From contig JALJEE010002494.1 in the NCBI GenBank assembly GCA_023231475.1, positions 1 to 52,844 on the forward strand: a stretch of 52,844 bases of DNA, read 5' to 3'. Position 1 is the stretch's first letter. Each line of letters starts with the position of its first letter. The translations under genes were made by a program, and so were the position numbers. Below the pieces are notes generated by a model. The model had not been told where the DNA came from and ran no database searches. It saw nothing but the letters and a program-made list of their open reading frames with translations. Origin of the DNA: Seison nebaliae (taxonomy: Eukaryota). This document shows positions 37,101-47,050 of the stretch, one piece after another.

Positions 37101-40100
37101 TTTCTCTCTTTGACAAATTGGAACGAACTCCATCAAAAACTTCAAATTCCGTCATCAATACCAGCACCGATTGTGACACTACAACAACTACCACCATCAC
37201 CACCACCACCAGTTTTCGAAAGAAGAATATACCGAAAATTTTCTATGAATCGATCAGTAACAATAATCCATCCATATTGGATGATATGGAGAAAAAAATT
37301 GAAAATTTCCTCCAAGACGATTCCTCCGTCGTTCTGGCGATGATATCAGAAAAATTGATGATGAATTCACATATAGATCTTCATATTAAAGAGTTTAATT
37401 GTTTGAAAGTTTTCAGTGTCTCACTTCGACCTTATCAATTGACGAATGGAAAAGTCATCGGTCAATTTCGAATTTCAAGTAAATTTAAATTTAAAAATTT
37501 GATCGATCGACGAATGAAAATTATTTTCTATTATGGAATGACCAATATCAGTTCGATGAATGAGCGAACGCCAATTCCCATTGGGAAGAATGATGAGAAT
37601 TCCACTTATTTTATTCTCGATCGAAACGAAACGAGAAATATCGATCGAATTTTTCGAATTCCATCAAAATCTGACAACGACGATAAAAATGACGATTTCA
37701 TTCCATTTAATTCGAAAGAATTATTTTGTGTTTGTTCAGTGGAATTGGAGAAAGATGTTTGGTCGTTACCATCGCAACCAATTCGTGTGATAAAAACGAT
37801 GGGATCAGTGACGATGGTACAAATTCCGTTTCCTCTCACAAATCCTTTATATGAGAAGAGAATGATAATAATAAATCAATCGACGAATCGAGTGACTGGA
37901 AAACATCAATTAGAAATTCAATTTTCACTCCGAAATAACATTATTCTCCAAAATGAGACATTTAACGATTTCCTCATAATGACAGATAATCATAAAGAAT
38001 TTTTGAACGAAGAATTCAGATCTGAATTGAATTTATTAAAAGATGAACGAAAATTCTTTTATCATTTACCAGCAATGCATCAATTAGCTATAACGGCAGT
38101 AGAACGTCATACTCGTCGTCAAAATGAAAATGGAATTGATGAAGTTGAATTTATTAATTTAGCGCATCTCTGGTGTCCGATAGAACGACCAGTAATTAGA
38201 GACGAAATTTTTTATTTGGAACCAAATACGACGAATGATATGGAAACGAAAGAGCATCAGAATCAAGAATTATTCAATTATTTCCATTATGTCTTCCATT
38301 CTTATAGTCGTTGTATTGTTCGTTGGCCAATTCCTGGTGCGATTTCATTGAGATCAGATCACTCTCAAATTATGACGTTCGTTATGAAACAATTCAATTC
38401 ACCATCATCAATATCGTCATATTTGGGGAATTGGATGACATCGAAAAAGATGAATGATAAAAAAATAGAATTAGAAAATAATAAAAGAATAGAAAAGAAA
38501 ATTGAAGCGAATATTCTTCGTCAGAATGATATGATACGAATTCGATTGAAATCATTTGAATTATCACATCGTTATCAATATATGTCACCAGAACAATTTA
38601 ATAAACATCAACGTCAAACAGAATTATCATTAGGCGATGAAGCATTCTTCACACAAAGCGAATTGGAAGATGAATCGATGAAAAAGAAAAAGAAGAAATT
38701 GAAAAAAGTGACAGAAGAAAATTTAAAATCAAATCTCTCAATTTCTATAATTGGACGACAAATAAATATTTTCATTCATGATGATTCCATTCTTATTTCA
38801 CGTCGTCTCTTACATCAGAGTAATGTGGAGGATGTGAACATTGAATTTTATGAACGAACTGATTCCATCAATTCACTTGGAACTCTCTCTCAATTGTCAG
38901 ATAGTGTCCCAAAACGGAATATGGATCGATTAAATCGAATGAAAAAAATCGGATTATTCACTTTATGTTCCATCAATTTATCATTCGTCGAATTAATTAT
39001 GAATCGTCATCTCGAGAAATTGAATGAGAGTTCGGAAGAACATTATGTGGTCGCTCTTCGTCTACATAACATGATCATTAACGATTTGACGAAATCCGTT
39101 CCCACTACCATTTTTTGTCCCGATTGGGATAGTTTAAATGAACAATTAATGACGAAATATGAACCAGAGAAAACGGATACTAGTCTTCATCATGAGATTA
39201 TGGGAAAAGCGATTCTATTCTCTACGAGTGTGTCATGGATCTCTCATCGTATTTCCCTCAATCAATCCGCTGATACTTTAATCAATAAAATCATGTTGAT
39301 GACCGGTTTGCCAATAATCGATATTTTTTTGAAAGAAGAATGGATCAATCATCTGACCATTCTCCTCCGTCAATTCATTCAAACGAACGACAATTTAAAT
39401 TTGAATAATTTCAATAGAATAATAGAAAATAAATTAAATTTTTCCGTCCGATTACTCGTTTGTGACGAAGTGAAATTGGACAAAATGAATTTCCGTTTAA
39501 CTTTCGTACCATCATTAACATTATCGTCGAATCGATTACATCGTTTACTTTCCATCAATCGTGCTCCAATATCTTTCAATGCCGTCCATTATCTGGAATT
39601 GAGACGTGTCATCCGAATGAATGAGGAGAAGAGATCGATGTTGAATATTTCCGCTTTTCATGATATTTACCATCTCAAAGAACATTGGTCAACCATTTGT
39701 CGAAATGCCACATTCATTTTCGGTACAGTCGAATGTTTCGGTTCTCCTTTACTTTTCGTCTCTCATTTATATCGAGGCGTCAATCAATTGGTGAGTATTC
39801 CGACCAATTTCGTCCGTTCCCGTCCAACTTCCGTAACGAATGTGGTCGAAGGTCTCGCCGAAGGTTTCCATCAATTACTCGTTGAATGTGCTACTGGCTC
39901 ATTATTATCACTCGCCAGTTTCTCTTCCGCACTCTCTCGTTTATTGGGACGACAAGTATCCTTACAACCCACCACTCATGCTATCATCATGAATGATATG
40001 GAAGATCAAGATGACGACGATGACGACGATGATTTGAATGAGAATGACGATCAAATTCTCTCCTCCAATTTACACAGTCGATTAATCACTTCGTTCATTG

Positions 40101-40591
40101 GCGCTTTCCTTCATGTCATGGCAACTCCTTCAAATATGTTAGCTGATTTCTCTGAAAATAATCAACGAATTCTTTACGAGTCTGGTCTATTGTCCAGTCC
40201 GACTACCACCATGAAATTCATTCACAATTCTTACATTCCCCCAATCAAATCACAAATCTTTCTACGAACTCATGGAATAGTTTATTTTCGAGACGACGTC
40301 AACCTCCACATCTACGACGAGAAGAACAACGAAATAATGGAAAACGATGATTTGGAATGTATCGTCACTTTGAATAATATTAAACTCGTTTCACACATTT
40401 CCAACAACTTCATCGAAGCGAGTATGAAAAAGAAGAAAACCGTTCAATTTATTCGAGCGAATCGAGGTGGCGTCTGCGGATTCGTCGCCGGAAAAAAAAC
40501 CATTCGCATCCAATTGACCGAGAAACAGATGCAACGAATGATGGACGCTGTTCGTTTTACTCGAGAACTTCGTGTCATTCAAAACCAATAA
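28142..40591 (+). CDS. VPS13B: VPS13B-like bridge-like lipid transfer protein; single 12,450-bp ORF, 4149 aa
   Basis: Chorein-N start 'LQSYLSSLVARLIDKYVKLRASDFNLYWWGSDIVLHQL...LPLHFISGKVGELRVNVSW', then 'SYVQKMLSNILENIQLELRNVIFKF' and C-terminal 'IFGTVECFGSPLLFV...GVNQLVSIP' match VPS13B-type termini. The size is also typical. Confidence 0.85.
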   Translation: MFGLQSYLSSLVARLIDKYVKLRASDFNLYWWGSDIVLHQLDMRMPTLQAMAGNLPLHFISGKVGELRVNVSWNGMNSNRLKITATNIEIRCELKYSKLVNVSSNEEDGEEKDGRTKPFDMKLDEENLMMDSTPSSMNDNKSYVQKMLSNILENIQLELRNVIFKFQHENDIYTLRLSSLSSSSMELKRLFNQLPINVNEMLMGRKTIISQLSLFINDDCICEKLEMEIIFSLFNLFVNNICMIDIHIKSTSTNCVHLKMNIEHLFQLYSLLNHILFAYSTCRLDKVLTKKSLNFLLNLCQVEKNPHVLLDHLTELLKMITKNKEKVEETIHNIALSPFRTVNCRKMHKIKSNSSIGENSDSSTVSSSFFSYLYNYLLNEPETNEKDEKIIDRYSKDEMIVIINMEIDEIFLNIRRRDIVGNYGGGIRLIDEMRRKSTDFISINLSRFAMAFANTSSSMEFEISFNQFTVRDEINNRLIMKTREMKSFNSLRLLSGENVDLESYPLRHYLVANSVKCVLLDDIPGIVIQYKSDELKEFVTNFNNLLIYIDVNLFELFSIFKFPFRTLMERTRRLNDMEEMWKEIEKMIFGGNKMVKVEELYNCLMETNMNLNEDETDLNLLKCLSKFRCLFFNVQFEFEWNQSILIDRISYDSSKLESIHHLIDIAISLFKRQIIRSVPTHSTIPQQQHGRTVPGSIEMTMERNDDKLSHEQLNRLIGLTNINHQVKINRISLLGKEKNLEIILGNFFLATSQSVYNDKWNLILHNCRYDNLLILNNYQFKFYDFQLTFDRIININFIQFIFRLLAMMEIERTENRLSSSIVANRMQHKFKWKEIGRKKCPLGMMRRRSSCSKMDVKKRSFPDGKLKKSGSLDLHGNEEKNDLEKLEKEKQLNLPLSFHVLFQQLLKLRETENDLTNFFKNQNGLFMEFEIILKKIIQSIPSFRIQFKFLRLSYHLIDDGLILNNLQSFEFALSPLFLFNNKNNRVIFQIQSGDFYQVANRLFESSINQSSVQMKEEENKYFANSIFLNYNRKMKNSNGIYPFLFFHMNRMKLNLDEKLLDSFQLIFTKLIATIMDVKEKMINLIEGNLMSQLDKRECVNDTTDIIFDDILEEYLNWEFKNIFVVHSISSQQSSNKEELKEEMFISNEIIRKLIFWCQCDGIAFKFNYTYQITLLSFENEGIGRNSIDYQSPFIFLSSMKIQRKIFHHKNEEKTMHLILKEFYESFNFSSQTRLDLEKWKNWQSSTSKNFYLNLAENKCVTKPVSISSIWFHGDLTKDVISSQLVVSSTQLSWDKKSTTYLDVEKICLIFKFFHKFSSICTVMMKMMKWRKVEKRRKMKEKNLIIDIKFKFLQPNWLRFTRQFYKNFYALDDKIRGKFPLTKLIDDLLDFQETRIPFKNQTIVPMTDDDNLDDELRSDFHQRFVLLTVVTILYMKNIDVEINETSLILRFHSIQLFHQTRPGNEVRLINHVKDFIQFEFGNDFIKLSTDCENIGDLTIDIPPLLIYSFKPYFMEFDHFESDWKKKKPMKKRKISVIDEKSKKRKNRSESPLNSHLHRQLNIYNRFKQITFEHLISSLYELIFHFFQSSLSVPIGSTEIITSPPPDQIQISIDDFWKKIEQSTHLAVNWEVNWKMNDNNIIQIDNGNYSSESEFEFDDNSIDPSKSASESEKSCEKINEKRSVQILNFKFHPYKSNESNGIKMEFEIFSPTHFTMGWTDRKEIMYRLVEKGFVRHRLEFGRMSWNSEKFIMEKFYYSVANYEDMRKNEDIPDQRFDEEPPVIIVEPMKVMENVDVIIGMEGNKITIEEKEFVIDLQENYFIRYIRPLMKSWKKWNDLFERICHRKEGIEKINGKIPEIHLCIKSVVRIRFLNLEEQILSIGLEGIYLKSFPDNSIKLMLNRFHHSFTNAQCKVGSVPYLFVEYRSTDEIDTCEMDVRAIDNFEFTNKQIWKLEKFFLQFLNWKKKENKKIENKKKKNFHLTIQLHMSISIGYRFLEYDYDVYYNLSFLALRATFRQMIATDNSSLFSKELLVEVTDLNFWMKEKYRQFHHIIEPIHRIMLKVKKQMGLTTNNLNNFHLPLEIIVNIPSPVNIHLSFWDLKTLIFILISHQEKFNRQIYDRALSSVDFHTLLLIWSTIRFPVMQLDTKIRTVLNYDKKSSLLRHDMEDENEMKWRKENRNKFKKFIISDDIRQLMTIQKMTLNAHTFDEGKKMIDNLMPNKKNEVFCIDMFVRNESAYHGAIVWKYKEIRRLNSMHVTSPIFNEKKKTKEMMELEENKFSSFSFFSSIICQSTRSPSKNSNIIKNETNKIRSKSCCVRSSPTNRVSIKIQYWNLSTNEWSTITSLSSIQILEGSRSITHLDTDESSTIWRVIWNHRDITSNNYLTSSSLLAGLNMSSLQTNISANPNRSNNSLSFVMVMPEKLSITIDDNLNGLIVPFFKFSLSELDLKYSYHHPPLAPIQEECQLNGNFQISYRELDFLQSIPLFSGNSILPIDIRFNRTKNDILFVLSLDKSIDIHLSQRLFHTINYVMASLTIFDLSVKDHCRTYLQIVNELGNERIVLRQINNDHHKFELGEKTRKNFYWTKMDERLYLEFGTRQFNEKNEEIKWNENIFIKPFNDRLMKNKSFPQITRYEKGKNDFLEIDHYFFQFHRNDNSLFQELHINGNIFIHNYIQFKFNIQLQNERNFASPLMSIPNNSRQSLRFVDLGNILILTISHSSSINQQCLPFVIDKNNLKAQIQLAIFQGNDEKNNYIAFRCHFEKISKKDNLFLICFLPILLVYSPFNSIKFSMDHLPLRKPSFSSYYQIVNFTNDSIHLLSPLLKRCEEKYEENEQLEFSINFHFDGNVNIRRTFQFDFHQSIIDKYASEKNLLQNLQEWYAIFECKTDEEISRKFNRFSIDSLQFQSMTRRKGSLSQLIIEMTPKYLLENDLTRGIDLKIDQIHQYSSNLITTDEYIDPSIFTTTISSNESYLFDGGSLNDVENCQLKFSLFDKLERTPSKTSNSVINTSTDCDTTTTTTITTTTSFRKKNIPKIFYESISNNNPSILDDMEKKIENFLQDDSSVVLAMISEKLMMNSHIDLHIKEFNCLKVFSVSLRPYQLTNGKVIGQFRISSKFKFKNLIDRRMKIIFYYGMTNISSMNERTPIPIGKNDENSTYFILDRNETRNIDRIFRIPSKSDNDDKNDDFIPFNSKELFCVCSVELEKDVWSLPSQPIRVIKTMGSVTMVQIPFPLTNPLYEKRMIIINQSTNRVTGKHQLEIQFSLRNNIILQNETFNDFLIMTDNHKEFLNEEFRSELNLLKDERKFFYHLPAMHQLAITAVERHTRRQNENGIDEVEFINLAHLWCPIERPVIRDEIFYLEPNTTNDMETKEHQNQELFNYFHYVFHSYSRCIVRWPIPGAISLRSDHSQIMTFVMKQFNSPSSISSYLGNWMTSKKMNDKKIELENNKRIEKKIEANILRQNDMIRIRLKSFELSHRYQYMSPEQFNKHQRQTELSLGDEAFFTQSELEDESMKKKKKKLKKVTEENLKSNLSISIIGRQINIFIHDDSILISRRLLHQSNVEDVNIEFYERTDSINSLGTLSQLSDSVPKRNMDRLNRMKKIGLFTLCSINLSFVELIMNRHLEKLNESSEEHYVVALRLHNMIINDLTKSVPTTIFCPDWDSLNEQLMTKYEPEKTDTSLHHEIMGKAILFSTSVSWISHRISLNQSADTLINKIMLMTGLPIIDIFLKEEWINHLTILLRQFIQTNDNLNLNNFNRIIENKLNFSVRLLVCDEVKLDKMNFRLTFVPSLTLSSNRLHRLLSINRAPISFNAVHYLELRRVIRMNEEKRSMLNISAFHDIYHLKEHWSTICRNATFIFGTVECFGSPLLFVSHLYRGVNQLVSIPTNFVRSRPTSVTNVVEGLAEGFHQLLVECATGSLLSLASFSSALSRLLGRQVSLQPTTHAIIMNDMEDQDDDDDDDDLNENDDQILSSNLHSRLITSFIGAFLHVMATPSNMLADFSENNQRILYESGLLSSPTTTMKFIHNSYIPPIKSQIFLRTHGIVYFRDDVNLHIYDEKNNEIMENDDLECIVTLNNIKLVSHISNNFIEASMKKKKTVQFIRANRGGVCGFVAGKKTIRIQLTEKQMQRMMDAVRFTRELRVIQNQ

Positions 40592-40887
40592 CACATTATC
40601 TACACAAATTCACACAAATTCACATTTTATTTAATTTTATTTAATTTTATTTAATTTTATTTTTTCCTTCCTTCCATCAATTCCTTCATGCTAATCTTCT
40701 AAAGAACGTCCATATTTATTTCGTTCCATTCACGAATGAAGTTAAACGGTGGAGAAGTTTATTGTTACAAGAAAAGTAAACGGAAATTTAATACATTAAA
40801 CTTTGATTGAAAATTGCTCAAAAATTTATCGAAGTGCAAAATAAAATTTTCTTTGATTTGTTTCCCCTCACAACTGATGTTGAAATG

Positions 40888-41060
40888 ATTTATCGAAATT
40901 ATGAAATAATTTTTTTTTCTGAATTATTTATCGAAATTAAAAAAAATTCTTTTTTTCGCAATTATTTATCGAAATTAAAAAAAATTCTTTTTTTCGGAAT
41001 TATTTATCGAAATGAAAAAAATTCCTTTTTTCGGAATTAATTATCGAAATGAAAAAATTA
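40888..41060. repeat. ~38-bp tandem repeat (TTTATCGAAATTAAAAAAAATTCTTTTTTTCGGAATTA-like) between the convergent VPS13B and GPCR genes
   Basis: About five imperfect copies visible; boundaries are approximate. Confidence 0.8.
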
Positions 41061-41214
41061 CTTGAAAAGACTTTTTTGTCGATGTTGCTGGTTTATTGAT
41101 TCGGTTGTTCGATTGAGGCCATTCATCGATTCTCTCATGGATTTGATGATGATGTTGTTATTGTTGTTGTTTTATATCGATATCGATTGAAATTTTCAGT
41201 AGAATGAAGGGAGG

Positions 41215-42467
41215 TCATTTGCCGTCGTAACGAATGAATTGTGGATTGGATAAATGTTTCGAATATTCTCGCTGGAAAACGAAACAAGTCATCGTTCTTC
41301 TCCTTTTCGTCATTAGTTTCGATTCGTTCGATGGAGGATGATTCAGTTTAATTAGTTCGAGATCGTTAAGTGAATGATTTTTTATGAAAATTTCTTGGCG
41401 ATTCTTCTGAAGGAGAATGTCCTTACTCTTTCGTTGATTTGGTCGTTTGAAGAATTGGAGCATTCGTTGACGGAATTGTTTTCCCATGAACGAATAAATG
41501 ATGGGATTTGATGCACTGTTAATATAGGTGAGTGTGTGGAAAAGTATTTTAAGCCACAACGTCAAGTTGTTTTTGGGGAAATCGTGTTGGAGAACGACGA
41601 AGAGGAGATTGTAAATGTGAATGGGCAACCAACTGATGGCGAAGGCAAGAGTGACAATAGCCATGATCATGATGATTTTGGGCTTAGGTTTGTGATTATT
41701 GTGCGTCTGTCGACTCTTCACCGTTCCCAACAAATTCTTGTTGATACGATGTTGTTGATGGAGTTTCAACGACTTCTTCACTTGTCTATATATGTGCCAA
41801 TAACAGAAGATGGTGGTGAAGAGTGGAGCGACATAACTAACGATGAATAAGTAAATATTGATACCGACCGCCATACTTCTAGTCCACTTGTATTGGCAAA
41901 CAACATGTATTGTGGGACGAGTGTCGTTGGAATAACAAACGGAAAATTTCTTCGTTGTAATTGACGGGAGGAGAGGAAGTGCCAACAACAATGACAATAG
42001 CCAGATGAGTGGCGTGGTGACTTGCACTCGAAAGTAGTGGCGAATACGTCGGTATTTGCTAATCTTTTTCGTACGCAACGGATCGACAATGGCGAGATAA
42101 CGGTCAAATGTCATCGTGGCTAATGTTAGACATGTAGCTAATGTGGTAATGACGGGAACGACCACTTGTAATTGACAGATGACGAGAGACGTTCTCGTGA
42201 GAGAGAGGAAGGACATAGCCGTCATGGGGACTGTGATGAAGAGGAATGTGATATCAGTGATGGCCAAATGGGCGATATACGAGTGAGTGTTGCTCGTCAG
42301 TTCTCGCTTGTATTTCAATACGAGCAACACGAGAATATTACCTGAAATGGAGGTGTGGAGGAGAAAGTGTGAGAGAAAAGTGAACCCAGTCCACCAATCA
42401 CTGCGATGGGTATCCAACAGAAGTAAATGAAAATTGTCATGTTGTCCATTGTTAGATTGGAAATCAT
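41215..42467 (-). CDS. Rhodopsin-family peptide GPCR (galanin/allatostatin-A/kisspeptin-receptor-like); 2 exons
   Basis: N-terminus MISNLTMDNMT carries two N-glycosylation sequons. Intron 42342-42385 rebuilds TM1 'VIGGLGNILVLLV'. TM2 'HLAITD', 'MTFDRYLAIVDPL', TM6 'FAISWLPIH', TM7 'NSASNPIIY'. Ligand subfamily is uncertain. Confidence 0.85.
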
Positions 42468-42846
42468 TTTTTTTTTTTGATAGTCGATAGTATATGATAG
42501 GGCCAATGTTTAATATGTTGAGAGGAAGAAAAAGGAAAAAGAAGAAACAATTTTCTCTGCTATTCTTTCTCTGCTTGAATATTACCAATGAAAACTATTG
42601 TTCACTATAAGGGATGGTCAATATTTGTAGTAGGATATGAGACATTGGAAAATTCAATTTTTCTCCTTCTTTCCTCTCCCCACTCCCCAACGACAATTAA
42701 ACAAGCTTCGGAAAAAGAATACGTGAGTTTGGAAGTCTATCGGAGACCGCCCTCTATTGTATGTAATAGGCACTGGCTTGTAATCTGTTTGAGTAAGATG
42801 ATTAACGTATGTAAAACTTTGAATCGACTTCTCCCCAAATTGACGT

Positions 42847-44089
42847 TCAGATGGGATAGGAGGCCAATATTTGAGAAGTCGGAGGAGTGGAACATTTCCG
42901 ACAATTCTTCTCTTTGTTGCGGAGTCGCATTCGTTTAATATTGTCAGCCGAATGGTTCCGTCTCATTAAATTCACTTCGAATTCTCTCAACTCATTCTCG
43001 TGAGGTTGACGAGACTGACCAAGTTGATATTCACGCGATTCTCGATAATGATGGTGATGGTGATGGTTGTTCGTTTTCAAATATTTCTCCTTCTCCGTCA
43101 ACAATTGCTTCCGTTGTTCGATGATCTCTCGAGTCGCTTCGATACCTGACGAAATGTAGGAGGGTAGTCGATGTTCGAATCGTTGTGTGCCGTTCCTGAA
43201 CAGTTTGATTCCATCGACCTCATTGTCAATTAGAATAATAGCACGATATTTTGTTAGACTTCGATGCATCCGATGTCGACATGATACGATGACACTAATT
43301 ACAGTAATAAGGAGAAGAAGAAGACCGATGGCGGATAAGACGATTTTATGTACATTCATCGAAGACAGATAGTTGGAATATAAAGGAATCGTGTCATTTA
43401 CCTGATTATGTAAGGTAATTGCTTCTATGTCATTTATTTGCGCAATTTCAGTTTGAATGTATTCCATTTCTCGACAGAAGCGTTCATCTGCGTCATTTGG
43501 ACAATTAGGTCGATGATTGCATAATAAGGATTTGTGTATACAATAAAATTTCGAAATGCCGTTCGTGAGCGATGAGGGAATCACATTAAATTTTTGATTA
43601 CAATCAAATTCACTTTCGCTACATACTCCGTCTGAAAATGTTATAGGCAATGACATTTCCACAACAAGTTCATCATTTCAAGTTTTCATCACAAATTATC
43701 AATATTTAAAATGATGTTGCCATGAAGGGAGAGAAAGAAAGACAGACACGAATTTATGAGAGGAGAGACGAATAAAAGGAATGATAACTTTGAGAGATGA
43801 TGGTGATGTAAGCGGAGAAGTCGATGCCTATCCATCGATACAGCTCGATGTCTCGATGACTCAATTTGAATTTTATGTAGAGTTTTTGCGTGTTCGACAA
43901 CAGATATTGCAAATCTTCGTTCTGGTAACAGACGCGATGTCTCAGCGACAATGACATGGTATTCCCGTCGTAGATCTCGATATGATTTCGGAGACATGCC
44001 AATTGCTTCGTATTTACATTGCGAAAAGTTTTCGGATTCTTTGGATGGAAATTCAGACGATTCCACCAGATTAATATCTACAAATAATA

Positions 44090-44128
<39 letters not shown>

Positions 44129-45083
44129 GCAAAGAGAGAGAAAGAGAAACTCTTTTATATTTATCAGCTTCTATAATCCAGGTGCAGGTGCGTCCACTGA
44201 TGATATGTTGATAGACGTATTGGTTGTAATTGATGATATCTCGATTGATAATCAATTCTTCGGAAGATGTCGATGCAGTGATGATGCACTCGTAACCAGG
44301 TTGGAAGAGCCACGACTTATATTTCTGGTCGATTTCCGTCGTCGTATTCAGTTGCCGTTTCCGCAACACGAATTCGTAATGAGCGATGAAGCCCATGTAG
44401 TTGAGAGTGGCATCCGTTTGGAACATCAACCACAACCATTGACCACTCGAACGGATGATATCTGGCGGCGCCATATGCGAACAGAAACGACCGATCAATT
44501 TCGAATAGCCGAAACGACCGTCTCGCACTTCGAGGAAATCCGAAAGACAATTCTCCGATTGTTCGATATAATATTTGTTCGGATCGAATTCCACTCGAAT
44601 GATCTGATTCGCATGATGTGCTACAACAGAAATTTGAATGGAATTTTAAACGGAATTTGAAATGGAATTTGAAATGGAATTTGAAATGGAATTTCGAATT
44701 TAATTGTCAACGGAATTTTGAATTTAATTGTAAAAGAAATTTGAAATGGAAATCGAAATAAAATAAAAAATGGAATTTTGATGATGGAAATGAACCTTGG
44801 AGAGTTCGAATACATTTAAGTTTCGATGGATAATTTTTGGGATGGTTCGGCGTCGAGAAATGTTGAGTGAGTTTGTTGCCGATGTTGAATGAGTGACAGA
44901 TGTCGTTGAATTCATGTGACAATGTCAGTAGTGTTCGAATGAGGAAGATGAAGTAGATGGAATATTGACATAACCGGTAAGAGGTGGATGAGATAACTGA
45001 TGCCAGTTTTCTTCACAATAACACAGTAACGGGAAGAGAAATGATTATCATATGAGAATGCTTCACTTGCGAATGATAGCCAT
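42847..45083 (-). CDS. Neto: Neto-like (neuropilin and tolloid-like) protein: CUB-CUB-LDLa-TM
   Basis: CUB1 'FSTPNHPKNYP..KC' and 'CLSDFLEVRDGRFGYSKLIGRFC...SSGQWLWLMFQTD'; a second CUB; LDLa 'CIHKSLLCNHRPNCPNDADERFC'; TM 'IVLSAIGLLLLLITVISVIV'. Introns 44621-44795, 44078-44150 and 43632-43788. The first exon and start (ATG 45083 with a tentative short intron) are uncertain. Confidence 0.8.
44092..44123. repeat. (GT/CA)n microsatellite in a Neto intron
   Basis: Direct sequence. Confidence 0.95.
44630..44785. repeat. 12-bp GGAATTTGAAAT-like repeats filling a Neto intron
   Basis: Direct sequence within intron 44621-44795. Confidence 0.8.
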
Positions 45084-46418
45084 GCAACAACGATGAAATG
45101 CACAAGACGAGAGAATCTTTTGAAATGAACGGAATTTTATTTGAAGGTTAAAATGTTTTCGAGTATCTGGTTGTAAATGGAAAGTACTACAGCAAATTAA
45201 TCATTTTCCCATATCATTCCACCCACCAACAAATGGAATTGAGTAAATTTAGCGGAAGGAGAAAAGAATCAGTGGAATAAAAACGCATGGAAGGATGAAA
45301 GTGGAATGATGAAAATCGATGAAACTGAATCAATAAAAGATCCTCCAACACACAAACTCAAATTATACGAGAGTGGGGGAAGTTTGGAAAGGAAATCAGG
45401 GAACTTCTTATTGATTGTTCCAACCTGTATCAATAAACAACAATGATCGTTCGAAGGGGAATGATCATTGCACTTATCAATAAACATTTCTCATAATCTG
45501 TCATCATTCCCATTTCTCACCTTAACCTGACTCGGCAGCAAATCGATTGATCATATACATATATGTATATACATTCTATTATCTCGTCAAGTGACAATGA
45601 GACATTTCCACTTCAATTATATATCGTCTTCTATTAGCACGAAGCGATTCTAATAGAATTATGCGCGATTGAGAGGCAGTGCACGAGAAATGCACAAAAT
45701 GAAAAAATGTTTCAAATCTCCCAAAAAATTCTCAGATGTTAAATGGAATTCGTTCGTTAATGAAGAGCGAACCTAATACCTGATGGAAAATCGTGTCGAT
45801 TCATGTGAACAATTAGAACATCGGTCCACACACACGTACCATAAGATGGAAAATAACGTGCATTTATTATTGGAGAATGGTAGGGGAGAACTGGTAGAGT
45901 TGTGGAATGATACATATACATGTACATGTCGATACATGTATCTTTCAAATTGATGGATAGCAGTATATAATTATCGGAAATAATATTATAAAAAGAAAAG
46001 TAAATCAAATATTTCATCGCTATCATTATCATGAGCAATGCACTTGATTATACTGATTATTATTATGGGTATTTTTTTTTGGTGAAAAAAATAAGTAGAA
46101 GAGAAGTGAAGAGGAAGGATGAAAAGAAACTGGTAAGAATACGTGCATATCTCCCTTCCATCATACGATCATAGAAAACTAGAAAATTCTCTTGGTATGA
46201 TGTGACATAGATGAGGGAATAAATGAAAATGACGAGAAACTAACACAAAACTGTATCATCGACAATAGGAACGATACCACTAGAGAACAGTCATTTCTAT
46301 ATGTCATCGCGAGTCTCTGCTCTAATTGAAGAATTCAAGGTTTCCCTCCTGGCTCTCTCGAGAAGAAAGTTTTTATTAAAATGTCGAAAAAAAATGTTGT
46401 GTTGTTGTTGCTTGTTAT

Positions 46419-47019
46419 TTAGAAGACAATCTTCTCCCCACTCTCCAACGAGAGATTATATGATAAATGACTCTCGTGAAATGATTGGAAGTAGTGGGGC
46501 ACCTTGACGTACCATCGTCTCGTTGCATCGAATTGGAGGCGAGAGAAGGCTTGGTACAATCTCGTTCCCACATCGACTCGTATCTCGAACTTTCCCACTC
46601 GCTCTTTAAATGTCATCGCTGATCAATTGCCTATGATGTTTACCCGTCTAACAATCATGTCGTCACTCGTATCTCTCATAAATAGTGCATAGTGGGAGAG
46701 TTGGAAGAAATGTTGTACGTCCTTCGACCATCTCGATATCTGGTGTCCGAACAGTGGCACCATGCGATTCTTTCCCGCGAATTGCGCAATTTCATAAGTG
46801 AAATAATTATTTGGTAAATGGCGAATAAATAAGATGCGGAATGAGTTTGCCTTCTCTCGAAACTCTTCACATTTCGAAGCGCGCTCAACGGGAAAAGGAT
46901 AAATATCTGATACATTTTTCGTCTGTTCCCACTTATTATACGATAGGAAGCACTCGGTCGCCAGTAATAGAATGTTTGTCTTTCTCTTATCCTTCTCTCC
47001 TCCTCCTCCTTCCTCCTCC

Positions 47020-47050
<31 letters not shown>

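Noticed and set aside
42468..42588. N-terminal extension of the 457-aa GPCR ORF
   Set aside because: Non-ATG start and out of frame with TM1; the real first exon is in another frame from ATG 42467.
43632..43788. Intronic C/D snoRNA in a Neto intron (two RTGATGA motifs on the sense strand)
   Set aside because: No downstream CTGA D box or terminal stem within the intron.
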